DNA of 64,000 bases, from assembly GCA_937921305.1 (NCBI GenBank), contig CAKZSU010000007.1, positions 45,330-109,329 on the forward strand, written 5' to 3'. The notes below the pieces were generated by a model. The model saw nothing but the letters and a program-made list of their open reading frames with translations. It was not told where the DNA came from and ran no database searches. This document shows, piece by piece, positions 19,574-28,756 of this stretch (the first letter of the stretch is position 1; every line of letters starts with the position of its first letter). The stretch comes from an uncultured Patescibacteria group bacterium. Lineage in GTDB: Bacteria > Patescibacteriota > Microgenomatia > UBA10105 > UBA927. The translations under genes were made by a program, and so were the position numbers.

Positions 19574-20727
19574 ATCTTTTTCCCTCGAGCGAGTCGCTCG
19601 TGCGCTTGAGCCAGTGTTCCCTGTGCCAACGACGCAAGAAGAGAAAGTTCTCCAGCGAGGACAGCGCTACCGATAATCCCCGCGAGTTTCTTTGCGTTAT
19701 TGCCGTCTTTTCCACCTAAAACACCAAGCAAAGAAAGCGCTTCACTCTGAGTTGGCAAACTCGTTCCGCCTCCCACTGTTCCCACAAGAAGCGATGGCAA
19801 ATAGACACTTATGTATAGATCGCTTTCTTTGTGATTGTTCGTATCTACTTCTGTCGTAGTTATGCCATTACTTCCTTCGACCACATGCGCCGGATCTTGC
19901 CCGGTTGCGATAAACATCGCCGCAACGATATTCGCGTACTGCGCGTTATACCCCATAGACCCAACCAACGCGCTCCCGACCATGCATTTCGCAAGCCATG
20001 TCTCATAAATCGCTTGTGCGGAAACCTTCAGCGTAGACGAAAGAATCATTGATTGAATCGTCGCTTCAGCCCGAACCGCAAATCCCCGTTGAGAAATCGC
20101 GTTGATCCAAGCCGGCTTTTTGTCCACACAGACATTGCCAGACACCGCGACACACGATATACCAAGTTGTTCGTTGATATATGAGCACAACGCGTCAGTG
20201 GCAATTGTCACCATATTAAGACCCATCGCGTCTTGTGTGTCAAAAACAAATCGAACATAGCGATACTTTCCAACTCCTAGATATTCATATGACACAAGCG
20301 TTAAATGATGCGATGTTGACGAAGCAACTTCTTGCAACACAGAAAACCGCTCTGAAAGAAACCGCTCAAGCCGTTTCCCTTCTTCAAGAGAACGCACGCG
20401 AAACGCTGGTCCCCTTGTTGCTCCAACTCGCTCCACTTCAACAACCGCTCCCCCGCTTTCCGTAATTGCCTTACACCCGCGATTGACCGACGCAACAAGC
20501 ACTCCCTCTGTTGTTGCCAACGGCAGATAGTATGATTCTCCTTGTATCAGCAACGGACCGGCAACCCCAAGAGGAATTTGCGCAACACCAATCATATTTT
20601 CACAATGACGCGTTGACGCAATCTGCTCATCTACACTATACGATCCGATATGACGAAGCGAAATGCCTCTTGCTCCTTCTAACGCGTTTCTCCGATCTTT
20701 TACTGATTGATACTGACGAAGATTCAT
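19570..20727 (-). CDS. hmgA: Class I HMG-CoA reductase
   Basis: CENMIG, ATTEGVLVASVNRG, DAMGLNM, SGNVCVDKK, GTVGGGT. Confidence 0.93.
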   Translation of the reverse strand: MNLRQYQSVKDRRNALEGARGISLRHIGSYSVDEQIASTRHCENMIGVAQIPLGVAGPLLIQGESYYLPLATTEGVLVASVNRGCKAITESGGAVVEVERVGATRGPAFRVRSLEEGKRLERFLSERFSVLQEVASSTSHHLTLVSYEYLGVGKYRYVRFVFDTQDAMGLNMVTIATDALCSYINEQLGISCVAVSGNVCVDKKPAWINAISQRGFAVRAEATIQSMILSSTLKVSAQAIYETWLAKCMVGSALVGSMGYNAQYANIVAAMFIATGQDPAHVVEGSNGITTTEVDTNNHKESDLYISVYLPSLLVGTVGGGTSLPTQSEALSLLGVLGGKDGNNAKKLAGIIGSAVLAGELSLLASLAQGTLAQAHERLARGKKI

Positions 20728-21359
20728 AAAAATGGCACGCGAAACACTCCGACGCGATACATCACAACACTGTATATTACCATAAACGGAATAATCACTA
20801 TGGACACGCCAACGCTTCTTATCAAATCAACCTGCAACCCAAATCGCAAAGTCAAATAGTATAGCTCAGCTTTCCAAAACAACAACACTGAACTTACGAC
20901 AAGATAGAGAAAACTAAATACAATACCCAATACTGTTTCTGTTCGTGGCGGCGGGATAAGAAGATAAGAAAGTGATGCAAAGAAAAACCATGCAACTGTT
21001 GGAATCAACGTGTACCCCCACGCGATCGCCAATCCTTTCATAAGGCGTCGTTTCCGAAGGAACACCGAACACACCCAAAGCAAAAGAACAACCACTGCAT
21101 ATCCAAGAAATGCTCCTGTTAATAGGATAATAAAGTGTTTTGTCAGTAAAAACGGACGAAACGATTCTGCTTTTATCAGGGAGGCCAACGCAAAATATGC
21201 TGAGCAAACACACCAGACAAACAACAATTCGCCTGTTTTTCCTCTTTCAACAATCGTCCTATAGGTCGAATAGGGAGCATACGCAATGCCAATAATATGC
21301 TTTGAAAATGACAAAAAACTAACAGAAATATAGGTAAGCGCGTTTGAAAGAAGATGCAT
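20724..21359 (-). CDS. Yip1-like multi-pass membrane protein
   Basis: About five TM helices; overlaps the hmgA start. Confidence 0.55.
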   Translation of the reverse strand: MHLLSNALTYISVSFLSFSKHIIGIAYAPYSTYRTIVERGKTGELLFVWCVCSAYFALASLIKAESFRPFLLTKHFIILLTGAFLGYAVVVLLLWVCSVFLRKRRLMKGLAIAWGYTLIPTVAWFFFASLSYLLIPPPRTETVLGIVFSFLYLVVSSVLLFWKAELYYLTLRFGLQVDLIRSVGVSIVIIPFMVIYSVVMYRVGVFRVPFL

Positions 21360-21382
21360 GACACTATAGTCGAATCAATACG

Positions 21383-21613
21383 TTAAAACCCGCGTTGAAG
21401 AACGCTAACAAGCGTAGCTATGTCTGAACCAAACACAAGATATATTCCAAAAACAAACAAAATACTGACTATTGTTATCGCTGGCCACGGCATGACTTTT
21501 AATCGCTTTGTGATTTCTTTATAAAACGGCGTAAACGGCCCGACGCGTTGCGGCGGGAGCTCTGTCACTTCTTCCCAGTGCTTGACAAGCTTTTCATAGA
21601 GAACATCGCTCAT
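21383..21613 (-). CDS. Small single-TM protein, putative anti-sigma factor
   Basis: Overlaps the sigma-factor stop; soluble N-terminus plus C-terminal TM. Confidence 0.5.
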   Translation of the reverse strand: MSDVLYEKLVKHWEEVTELPPQRVGPFTPFYKEITKRLKVMPWPAITIVSILFVFGIYLVFGSDIATLVSVLQRGF

Positions 21614-22139
21614 AGGCTTGAATAAACGCTTTTCTTGCTCGAAACAACCGAGACTCAGCACTTTTGAAGCTTAGTCGAAGCATCTTCGCGATATCCTCCA
21701 CTGATCGTCCTTCAATATATTTATACACCAAAATTTCTTTATAACGCGGTAATATTTCGGAAAAAACGCGGGAAATTTTTTCTCGAACTAATGTTTCATC
21801 CAACGACTCTTCCGGACGCAAAAGCGGCGACATCAATTGTTCTAACTGCGGAAGTTGCGAAAACACAACATGTTTTATTTTCTTTTTTCTATAAAAATCA
21901 ATAATTTTATGCTGACAAATAGAAAATAAAAATGTTTTTACGCTTGACTTTCCATGAAAATCTCGAAGCGCTTCGATAAACGCGAAAAGCGCATCCTGAA
22001 GAATCTCTTCACAATCTGACTCTTTGTCCACTCGCTTTCGTATAAACGCAAGAAGTTTTTCTTTGTACCGATGATAAAATATATAAAGCGCTCGCTCGTC
22101 ACGACGAAGAATTCTCTCTACAAGTTGCGCGTCATCCAT
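21594..22139 (-). CDS. ECF RNA polymerase sigma-70 factor
   Basis: MDDAQLVERIL, EEILQDALF, region-4 SVEDIAKML..ESRLFRARK. Confidence 0.9.
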   Translation of the reverse strand: MDDAQLVERILRRDERALYIFYHRYKEKLLAFIRKRVDKESDCEEILQDALFAFIEALRDFHGKSSVKTFLFSICQHKIIDFYRKKKIKHVVFSQLPQLEQLMSPLLRPEESLDETLVREKISRVFSEILPRYKEILVYKYIEGRSVEDIAKMLRLSFKSAESRLFRARKAFIQAYERCSL

Positions 22140-22168
22140 AGTATAATTGTATATTATAAAATAAAAGC

Positions 22169-22492
22169 ATGGAAAAAGTGTTTGCGCTTTCAACAACAAT
22201 CGGCGATCATATCACACCATTTTCTCCCGCACAAACATTTCCAAATATCGCAAGTCTTGTTGGTGTCATTACCTCAAACGCTTTTTTTATTGCAGGTGTT
22301 ATCGCGTTTATATTTATGATCGTAGGAGGATTTGGTATAATAATGTCTAGTGGCGATCCAAAAAAAATAGAACAAGGGAAAAATACGTTAACAATGGCAA
22401 TTATAGGATTCCTTGTCATTGTTTTCTCTTTTTGGATTGTTCAACTCATTGAATTATTGATAGGTGCAAATCCATTACAACTGTACCAATAA
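22169..22492 (+). CDS. CPR-type pilin
   Basis: SSGDPKKIEQGKNTLTMAIIG. Confidence 0.8.
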   Translation: MEKVFALSTTIGDHITPFSPAQTFPNIASLVGVITSNAFFIAGVIAFIFMIVGGFGIIMSSGDPKKIEQGKNTLTMAIIGFLVIVFSFWIVQLIELLIGANPLQLYQ

Positions 22493-22501
22493 AAAGCTTA
22501 T

Positions 22502-22867
22502 ATGAAAGTATTCGCTGGAACAACTGATACTGATGTTGTAGGAAAGATTGAAAATAAAGTTTTAAACCCCTATGGGGATATCACAAATTCATCCGGCGGA
22601 CTTGGGCTTCTTATAACGAATTTTCTTCGCCTCTTCTTTGTTATTGCAGGAATTTTTGCATTTCTTAATTTTATTCTTGCAGGATTCCAATACATTACTG
22701 CGGAAGGAGATCCAAAAAAACTTCAACAGGCATGGAATAAAATCTGGCAATCACTCCTTGGTCTTGTTATTATGGTCATCTCATTCGCATTAGCTGCAGT
22801 GTTTGGACATCTTATATTTGGTGATCCATTATTCATGTTGCAACCAAAAATTTATACACCATTGTAA
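22502..22867 (+). CDS. CPR-type pilin
   Basis: AEGDPKKLQQAWNKIWQSLLGL. Confidence 0.8.
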   Translation: MKVFAGTTDTDVVGKIENKVLNPYGDITNSSGGLGLLITNFLRLFFVIAGIFAFLNFILAGFQYITAEGDPKKLQQAWNKIWQSLLGLVIMVISFALAAVFGHLIFGDPLFMLQPKIYTPL

Positions 22868-22888
22868 TTTATCTTATTATAAGATAAT

Positions 22889-23296
22889 ATGATCATAGAA
22901 AAAATTTATGCTGGACAAAAAAATTTAGGAGCGAGAATAGGAGGCGAAGGACTAGGTCCATTTGCTCAAGTAAGTAACGCGGTAGAAGGATTAAAAAATG
23001 TGACAAGCGCAATATCGTCGATCATTGGAGTTATGACTATTGCAGCGGGAATCTGGTTTATTTTTTACTTTATTATCGGTGGAATACAGTGGATAAATTC
23101 TGGAGGAGATAAAAACGCCTTAGAACAAGCTAGAAACAAAATTACAAATGCTTTTATCGGTCTTATTATTGTTGTTTCTGGTATAACCATACTATCATTA
23201 GTAAGCGTATTTCTTGGATTTGATTTTCTTATTACAAATCCAGAATCAGTTATCAATATATTATTTCCAAAGCAAAATATTCCAACAATAAGATAA
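22889..23296 (+). CDS. CPR-type pilin
   Basis: SGGDKNALEQARNKITNAFIGL. Confidence 0.8.
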   Translation: MIIEKIYAGQKNLGARIGGEGLGPFAQVSNAVEGLKNVTSAISSIIGVMTIAAGIWFIFYFIIGGIQWINSGGDKNALEQARNKITNAFIGLIIVVSGITILSLVSVFLGFDFLITNPESVINILFPKQNIPTIR

Positions 23297-23334
23297 GATA
23301 CACCTAAAAATAGCAACATAGTAATAACTACACT

Positions 23335-23706
23335 ATGACAATCATGATACAAAAAAAAATTTTTGCTCAAATTCATGTTCCAGGTCTCCCGGACGCGTTA
23401 GGCGGAGGGAAAAATATTTCAACAAACTTTGGATTGACTTCAGCGGGGAACATCATTAGAGGACTTATTAATGCATCTCTTATTATCGCAACGCTTGGCG
23501 CTCTTATATATCTCGTCGTTGGAGGTCTTCAATGGATAACAGGCGGAGGCGATAAGACTCAACTTGAAAATGCAAGAAACAAAATAACAAGCGCGATTAT
23601 TGGTTTGATTATTGTAGCGTCCGCTTGGGCAACATGGATTCTTGTTGGAAACTTTCTTGGAATTAATGTCCAAGAACTCCCATTCCCAACAATTAGCGGG
23701 AATTAA
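23335..23706 (+). CDS. CPR-type pilin
   Basis: GGGDKTQLENARNKITSAIIGL. Confidence 0.8.
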   Translation: MTIMIQKKIFAQIHVPGLPDALGGGKNISTNFGLTSAGNIIRGLINASLIIATLGALIYLVVGGLQWITGGGDKTQLENARNKITSAIIGLIIVASAWATWILVGNFLGINVQELPFPTISGN

Positions 23707-23774
23707 GATTTTCAAAAGACTTGCTTTGCAAAACAATGCGTTTAGTATAAAATAGGACTTATTTACTCTACTGC

Positions 23775-23844
23775 CGCGGGGTGGTGTAGAGACGCACAGG
23801 AGGCTCATAATCTCCTAGACCGGGCGCGACTCCCGGCCCCGCAA
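23775..23844 (+). tRNA. tRNA-Met(CAU), initiator-like, atypical
   Basis: CGCGGGG/CCCCGCA acceptor with C1:A72 mismatch, GGAGG-CTCATAA-TCTCC arm, T-arm CCGGG-CGCGACT-CCCGG. Confidence 0.8.
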
Positions 23845-23853
23845 CATAATTAT

Positions 23854-23926
23854 GCCAAGGTAGCTCAGTGGTAGTAGCACACGCTTCATAAGCGTGGGGT
23901 CGTGGGTTCGATCCCCACCCTTGGTA
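23854..23926 (+). tRNA. tRNA-Met(CAU), elongator type
   Basis: GCCAAGG/CCTTGGT, CACGC-TTCATAA-GCGTG, GTTCGATCC. Confidence 0.9.
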
Positions 23927-23948
23927 CATTCTAAAAATTCTCCTAATT

Positions 23949-24338
23949 TTATCTTCCGAAGAATATCATAATCCATTGTGTTATTGGTGAAATATTTCTT
24001 TGATTACTCAGTTCTTCTCTCTCAACATCACCGATAGCGCTTGGTTGTTCATTATGAATATAGACAACATGTTCTCCAATTTTCATCAAGCCCAACTTAT
24101 TTCTTGCCTCTTGTTCAATAAAAACATCAGTTTGAGCATACGCGATATCATGTTTTAACGCGTCTCTTGTTGCTTCCACCTGTCGCAACCGCTGTTCTTC
24201 TTGATACACCTTGCTCTTTTTTTGAATAAGTTGATAAGAAGAGAAAATTGACTGAAAGAAAACAAAGCAACTGATAAAAAAAATCAAAACTCTTGTTATT
24301 CCCCTGAAAAGGGAGTAATCATTTTCATTTTTTGTCAT
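23949..24338 (-). CDS. Septum formation initiator (FtsB/DivIC family)
   Basis: TM + coiled coil + FIEQEARNKLGLMKIGE. Confidence 0.8.
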   Translation of the reverse strand: MTKNENDYSLFRGITRVLIFFISCFVFFQSIFSSYQLIQKKSKVYQEEQRLRQVEATRDALKHDIAYAQTDVFIEQEARNKLGLMKIGEHVVYIHNEQPSAIGDVEREELSNQRNISPITQWIMIFFGR

Positions 24339-24416
24339 GTGATTTTTTCTTGTTTTGTACCTCTTTTTATGTTATTATAGGATTTTAAAATATACTTAAT
24401 ACATTATTCAAATACT

Positions 24417-25277
24417 ATGAATGACATCCGTGATTATCTTAAAACATTTCAAGATCATCTTATCGCGAAAAAGCGAGCAAAAGCAACCATCATCGCATAC
24501 ACAAAAGACATTGAACAATTTATTTTATTCCTCTCTCATGTAGAAAAAACAGATATTCATAGAATCACCAAAGATGAAATTGACGCATTTTTAAAAAAAC
24601 TCTCCCATGACAACTACACTCCAAAATCAATTTCAAGAAAAATCAATTCCATAAAAACATTCTTTCGCCATATTAAACTTCAGGGACATATTAGCGTTGA
24701 CCCGTCTCAAGGCATCACTCATCCAAAATACGATAGTAAACCTCCTAGAATTCTTTCAAAACTGGAATATCGCGCGCTTCGGGACACCTGCAGGCAAGAT
24801 ATTCGAACCTACGCAATTGTTGAGCTTCTTCTTCAAACGGGCATGCGCATAGGAGAAATCCCGCTATTAACCCTTGGGGACATTAGCGAAGATACATTGC
24901 ATATTTCAAGACATGAAGGACATGAAGAACGAACTGTTCCTTTAAATAAAAAAGCAAAAGACGCAATCAAACAATACTTAGAAATTAGATCGGGTTCAAG
25001 AGAAAAAACCGCCCCGCTTTTTATTACAAAATCAGGAAAACCACTCCTTGTTCGCAACATTCGAACCTCGATTGATCGATACTTTAAGCTCGCGGGAATC
25101 GAAGACGCAAAGGTAAACGACCTTCGCCACACCTTTATCGCGCATCATCTCATAGCTGGAACACCGCTCACCGCAATTTCAAAACTTGTTGGTCACAAAC
25201 GATTGACGACAACAGAAAAGTACCTCTCTTTTATAAAAGAGAAAAATCCAGAAGTAAGCAAACTAGAAGAGCTTTGA
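24417..25277 (+). CDS. XerC/XerD-like tyrosine recombinase
   Basis: SAM-like N-terminus, QTGMRIGE, NDLRHT, VGH..TTEKY. Confidence 0.88.
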   Translation: MNDIRDYLKTFQDHLIAKKRAKATIIAYTKDIEQFILFLSHVEKTDIHRITKDEIDAFLKKLSHDNYTPKSISRKINSIKTFFRHIKLQGHISVDPSQGITHPKYDSKPPRILSKLEYRALRDTCRQDIRTYAIVELLLQTGMRIGEIPLLTLGDISEDTLHISRHEGHEERTVPLNKKAKDAIKQYLEIRSGSREKTAPLFITKSGKPLLVRNIRTSIDRYFKLAGIEDAKVNDLRHTFIAHHLIAGTPLTAISKLVGHKRLTTTEKYLSFIKEKNPEVSKLEEL

Positions 25278-25327
25278 GCACTTCTTTACATTAATGCATT
25301 AATGCATCAATACATGAAACTTTTCCT

Positions 25328-25861
25328 TCAAAGATTTTTCTTTTTCAAAAACTCCTTCACAAATATCGCCTCTTCTTTGCACCATGGCGAGTATATGTCA
25401 GACCGTTCTTGTATATCTCGAAGAAAATCTTCCCACGCCATCCATCGAGATGATTCAATTTCATCAGGATTTGGCAACGGGTCATCATGACTCCATCCGA
25501 CGAATACCGGACAAATTTCATTTTCAACAATCCCATTAACATCCGCACAAGTATATCGATAGTCCGAAACAAATTCGATGGATTCCAACCTCATTCCCAG
25601 CTCCTGTTGTAACCGTCTAATCGCCGCGTCTTTTGGTTCTTCATTAAAGGCTGGATGCCCGCATACCGTGTTGCTCCATACGCCCGGAAATGTTTTTTTG
25701 GTCAACGCCCGCTGAGTTACAAGAAATTCGTTTTTATTATTAAATACAAACAGAGAAAATCCACGATGAAGAGGTGTCTCTTTTGTATGAACAGTCGCTT
25801 TTGGAGCTGTTCCCAAAACAAGATTGTGTTCATTTACTAATACAACATGTTCTTCCATCAT
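25328..25861 (-). CDS. idi: Type 1 isopentenyl-diphosphate isomerase
   Basis: LHRGFS, WSNTVCGHP, RRLQQELG, ENEICPV, SPW. Confidence 0.93.
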   Translation of the reverse strand: MMEEHVVLVNEHNLVLGTAPKATVHTKETPLHRGFSLFVFNNKNEFLVTQRALTKKTFPGVWSNTVCGHPAFNEEPKDAAIRRLQQELGMRLESIEFVSDYRYTCADVNGIVENEICPVFVGWSHDDPLPNPDEIESSRWMAWEDFLRDIQERSDIYSPWCKEEAIFVKEFLKKKNL

Positions 25862-25865
25862 GGAG

Positions 25866-25938
25866 TGCGTCCGGAAGGACTCGAACCTTCGACACGTTGT
25901 GTATAAGACAACTGCTCTACCAACTGAGCTACGGACGC
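25866..25938 (-). tRNA. tRNA-Ile(UAU)
   Basis: GCGTCCG/CGGACGC, GTTGT-CTTATAC-ACAAC, GTTCGAGTC. Confidence 0.9.
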
Positions 25939-25974
25939 AAGGAATATGCGAATTATAGCAAATAGATGAAACAA

Positions 25975-28323
25975 TTATAACCGCGCTCGTTGTCCGATTT
26001 CAGCTTCAACCATTTCTCGCGATTTTCCGTATTTCAATCGAGACAATTGAATGATCGCGCGGGCAAGCTGTGGATTCTTTTTCGCGTTCACCTCGCGCAT
26101 ATCTTTTGTCAAATCCATGCTAAACGGTTTTACTGGTTCGTTATGCACGATTGTTTTGACATACGCGTTGAATTTATCGATGTTAATAAGATCAATTTCA
26201 TTGAATACCGGACTAAATTCATGCTGAAGATAATTTGCGTCTGTCACGCCAACGCGGAAAGAAATCAACGTCCCAACATTCCCAAATACCGCGTTTTTTA
26301 CTTCTTCATCCATCTGCCCGATAAATTGATTCGCGACGGTTAGATTCAGCCGATATTTTCGAGCCTCTGAAAGAATTTGCGCAAAATCAGGCGTCGCGAA
26401 GTTTTGAAACTCGTCAACATACAAATAAAAATCTCTTCGCTGATCCTCTGGAATGTCTTGCCGAGAGAGCGCGGATAATAAAATTCTTGGAACAAGAATC
26501 AGCCCCAAAAAGTTACTATTTTCCTCTCCAATTGTTCCCTTTGAAAGATTGCACAGAAGAATCTTTCCTTCATCCATCACAGTTCGAAAATTGAAGCTTG
26601 ACTGTGACTGGCCAATAATATTTCGCATCAACTTATTTGTCACGAAGCGACCAAATTTAGAAACAATATAGTCTAACACTTCAGACTTATGAAAATCAGA
26701 GGTTTGCGCAATTTGATCTGTCCAGTATCGACGGACAATCGGGTCTTGCACTTTTGGAAGCAATTCCTGCACAAACGAACTATCGGTTAATACTCTCACA
26801 ACCTCGATAAAGGTGTTTCCCGGCTCACTCATCACGGTAAGCATAGCGTTTCGAATCGCATGCTCAAACCGAGGCCCAATAATACCAGTTTTTTGAGGAT
26901 CATAGAGTTTATACATAAGCCCGACAATTGAGGTTACCACAAAATGCTTTTGCTCCTCTGTTGACGCCTCAAGCATGTTCAATCCCATTGGTCGCTCGAC
27001 ATCTGCTGGATCAAAATAAATCACATCTTCCGCTCGAGAAGGCGGAATTCGCTGCAAAATTCCCACAATAAGCTCGCCATGCGGATCAATAACACCAACT
27101 CCTTTTCCACTCTCTATGTCTTGAATAATCATTTCTTCAAGAAGCTGCGATTTACCCGTTCCTGTTTTTCCAATAATGTACACATGACGCCTTCGATCGT
27201 CGTCGCTAATATAGATTTTTCGTTCAACGCCGCGATATTTCGACTTGCCGAGATACAATCCCGACGTGGGAATTTGAGAAGGCGCTGGCGCGCGTTTGGC
27301 GTTTAACCAAAAAATATGCGCCGTTTCTATTGATTTATTTGGCAAGTGAAAAATTGTCGCAAGTTCATCGCTGTTTAAAATGCCACACTGCTTAAAAAAT
27401 GGAAGACTAATCATGGGAAAATATCGATAAATAAAATCCTTCATAAAAAACGCTTTCAATATTATTCTCGCTCTGCCAAAGTGATTATGATCTGAGGTAA
27501 ATTGATGAAATGATGCCTCAATATTATGAAGATGCCGCTCTGCTGAATGCTTATCGGTAGATGAAACCACAATCCGAACAACAACACGAAATCCTGGCTT
27601 GGCAATCTCTTGTTCCACTGATTCAAGCGTTTTTTGATCAACCGAAAAACTCGCTTTTTCAGGATTCGCTTCATTCTTTTTTGTGGACGATACAAATTTT
27701 CTCCCACGCTCTTGCCATTTTTGTCCAGCTGGTTGCACAAGAATTTGAATTGCCGCTCCTTCATTGTCTTGCATTTTCGCCAACACTGATGTCATGGACG
27801 ACAAAGGGTCAACAGGTAAATCCCGAAAGGTTCTAATCGGCATATAATCAGGCCCCATAGGAACAAGAGAAGCAAACGTAACTTTACCCTGTTCAGAGAA
27901 AATATTGTATTCTTCAACTTCTTTAATATCTGCCCCTGGGTATGCGCCATGAATTTGCTTCTCAATCAAATCTACAAGATGATGAGGACACGAAATATAA
28001 AATCGAATATCTTCTTTTTTCCCAACAATTTCAAACGAAATATGCTCCGCAGGCTTTAGAAAGGATAAAAATCCCCCATGATGGATGCTATGAAGACTTG
28101 CGAACAACTGTTCCGCTGCATCAATTTTAATCTCATTGTCTCGAGGCACCGCAATCTGAAGCAGCACATAATCTAATGAATCTTTTTCTCTATTGCGATA
28201 TTTCCATAATAAAAAAACGACAAACAAAATCGCGACAATACCACATAACGCCAACAGGATGAGTGTCATCGACACAAAAAAAACAATAATTCGATAATAC
28301 AGCTCTTCAAATGAAAGATTCAT
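25975..28323 (-). CDS. VirD4/TraG-like coupling ATPase (CPR type)
   Basis: N-terminal TM, GKTGTGKS, IDPHGE, LYVDEFQNF, SEARKYRL. Confidence 0.88.
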   Translation of the reverse strand: MNLSFEELYYRIIVFFVSMTLILLALCGIVAILFVVFLLWKYRNREKDSLDYVLLQIAVPRDNEIKIDAAEQLFASLHSIHHGGFLSFLKPAEHISFEIVGKKEDIRFYISCPHHLVDLIEKQIHGAYPGADIKEVEEYNIFSEQGKVTFASLVPMGPDYMPIRTFRDLPVDPLSSMTSVLAKMQDNEGAAIQILVQPAGQKWQERGRKFVSSTKKNEANPEKASFSVDQKTLESVEQEIAKPGFRVVVRIVVSSTDKHSAERHLHNIEASFHQFTSDHNHFGRARIILKAFFMKDFIYRYFPMISLPFFKQCGILNSDELATIFHLPNKSIETAHIFWLNAKRAPAPSQIPTSGLYLGKSKYRGVERKIYISDDDRRRHVYIIGKTGTGKSQLLEEMIIQDIESGKGVGVIDPHGELIVGILQRIPPSRAEDVIYFDPADVERPMGLNMLEASTEEQKHFVVTSIVGLMYKLYDPQKTGIIGPRFEHAIRNAMLTVMSEPGNTFIEVVRVLTDSSFVQELLPKVQDPIVRRYWTDQIAQTSDFHKSEVLDYIVSKFGRFVTNKLMRNIIGQSQSSFNFRTVMDEGKILLCNLSKGTIGEENSNFLGLILVPRILLSALSRQDIPEDQRRDFYLYVDEFQNFATPDFAQILSEARKYRLNLTVANQFIGQMDEEVKNAVFGNVGTLISFRVGVTDANYLQHEFSPVFNEIDLINIDKFNAYVKTIVHNEPVKPFSMDLTKDMREVNAKKNPQLARAIIQLSRLKYGKSREMVEAEIGQRARL

Positions 28324-28342
28324 ACATCAAAAAATATTAAAA

Positions 28343-28756
28343 TCATGCATGATCCGCATGTTTTCTCAAGACTTTTGCATGAACGATATGAATTTGACGG
28401 ACACACCACTCCGCAAGCCAACGAATAGAATCTGCAATGCTTTCATGAAGAGCTTTTGCAATCTGTTCATCTGTAAGCGGAAGATGAATAACTGATGATG
28501 ATTGAATGTTGACTGGCGCATGATGACCAACCGCCTGTACACCCGCCTGCGCTATTTGCGGAGGAACACTTGTCGCTTGAGGGATAACCTGAACACCTGC
28601 TGAAACAACTTCTTTCGGCAATTCTATTTCTTGACTTACTGGCTTTAATGGAAGCTCTGATGACTGAACCGATACCGGTTCTCCCTCTTTTCCGCCATTC
28701 ATGGAGGCGCACTGAGGATTATGCTGTGATTGGTTGATTTGCTGGGGATCTATCAT
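28343..28756 (-). CDS. Hypothetical protein
   Basis: 137 aa in an operon; low-complexity N-terminus, C-terminal SIRWLAEWC helix. Confidence 0.65.
   Translation of the reverse strand: MIDPQQINQSQHNPQCASMNGGKEGEPVSVQSSELPLKPVSQEIELPKEVVSAGVQVIPQATSVPPQIAQAGVQAVGHHAPVNIQSSSVIHLPLTDEQIAKALHESIADSIRWLAEWCVRQIHIVHAKVLRKHADHA

Noticed and set aside
24417-25277. Tyrosine recombinase as an island integrase at the neighbouring tRNAs
   Set aside because: It is Xer-sized with no arm-binding domain, is flanked by housekeeping genes, and no duplicated tRNA end was seen.
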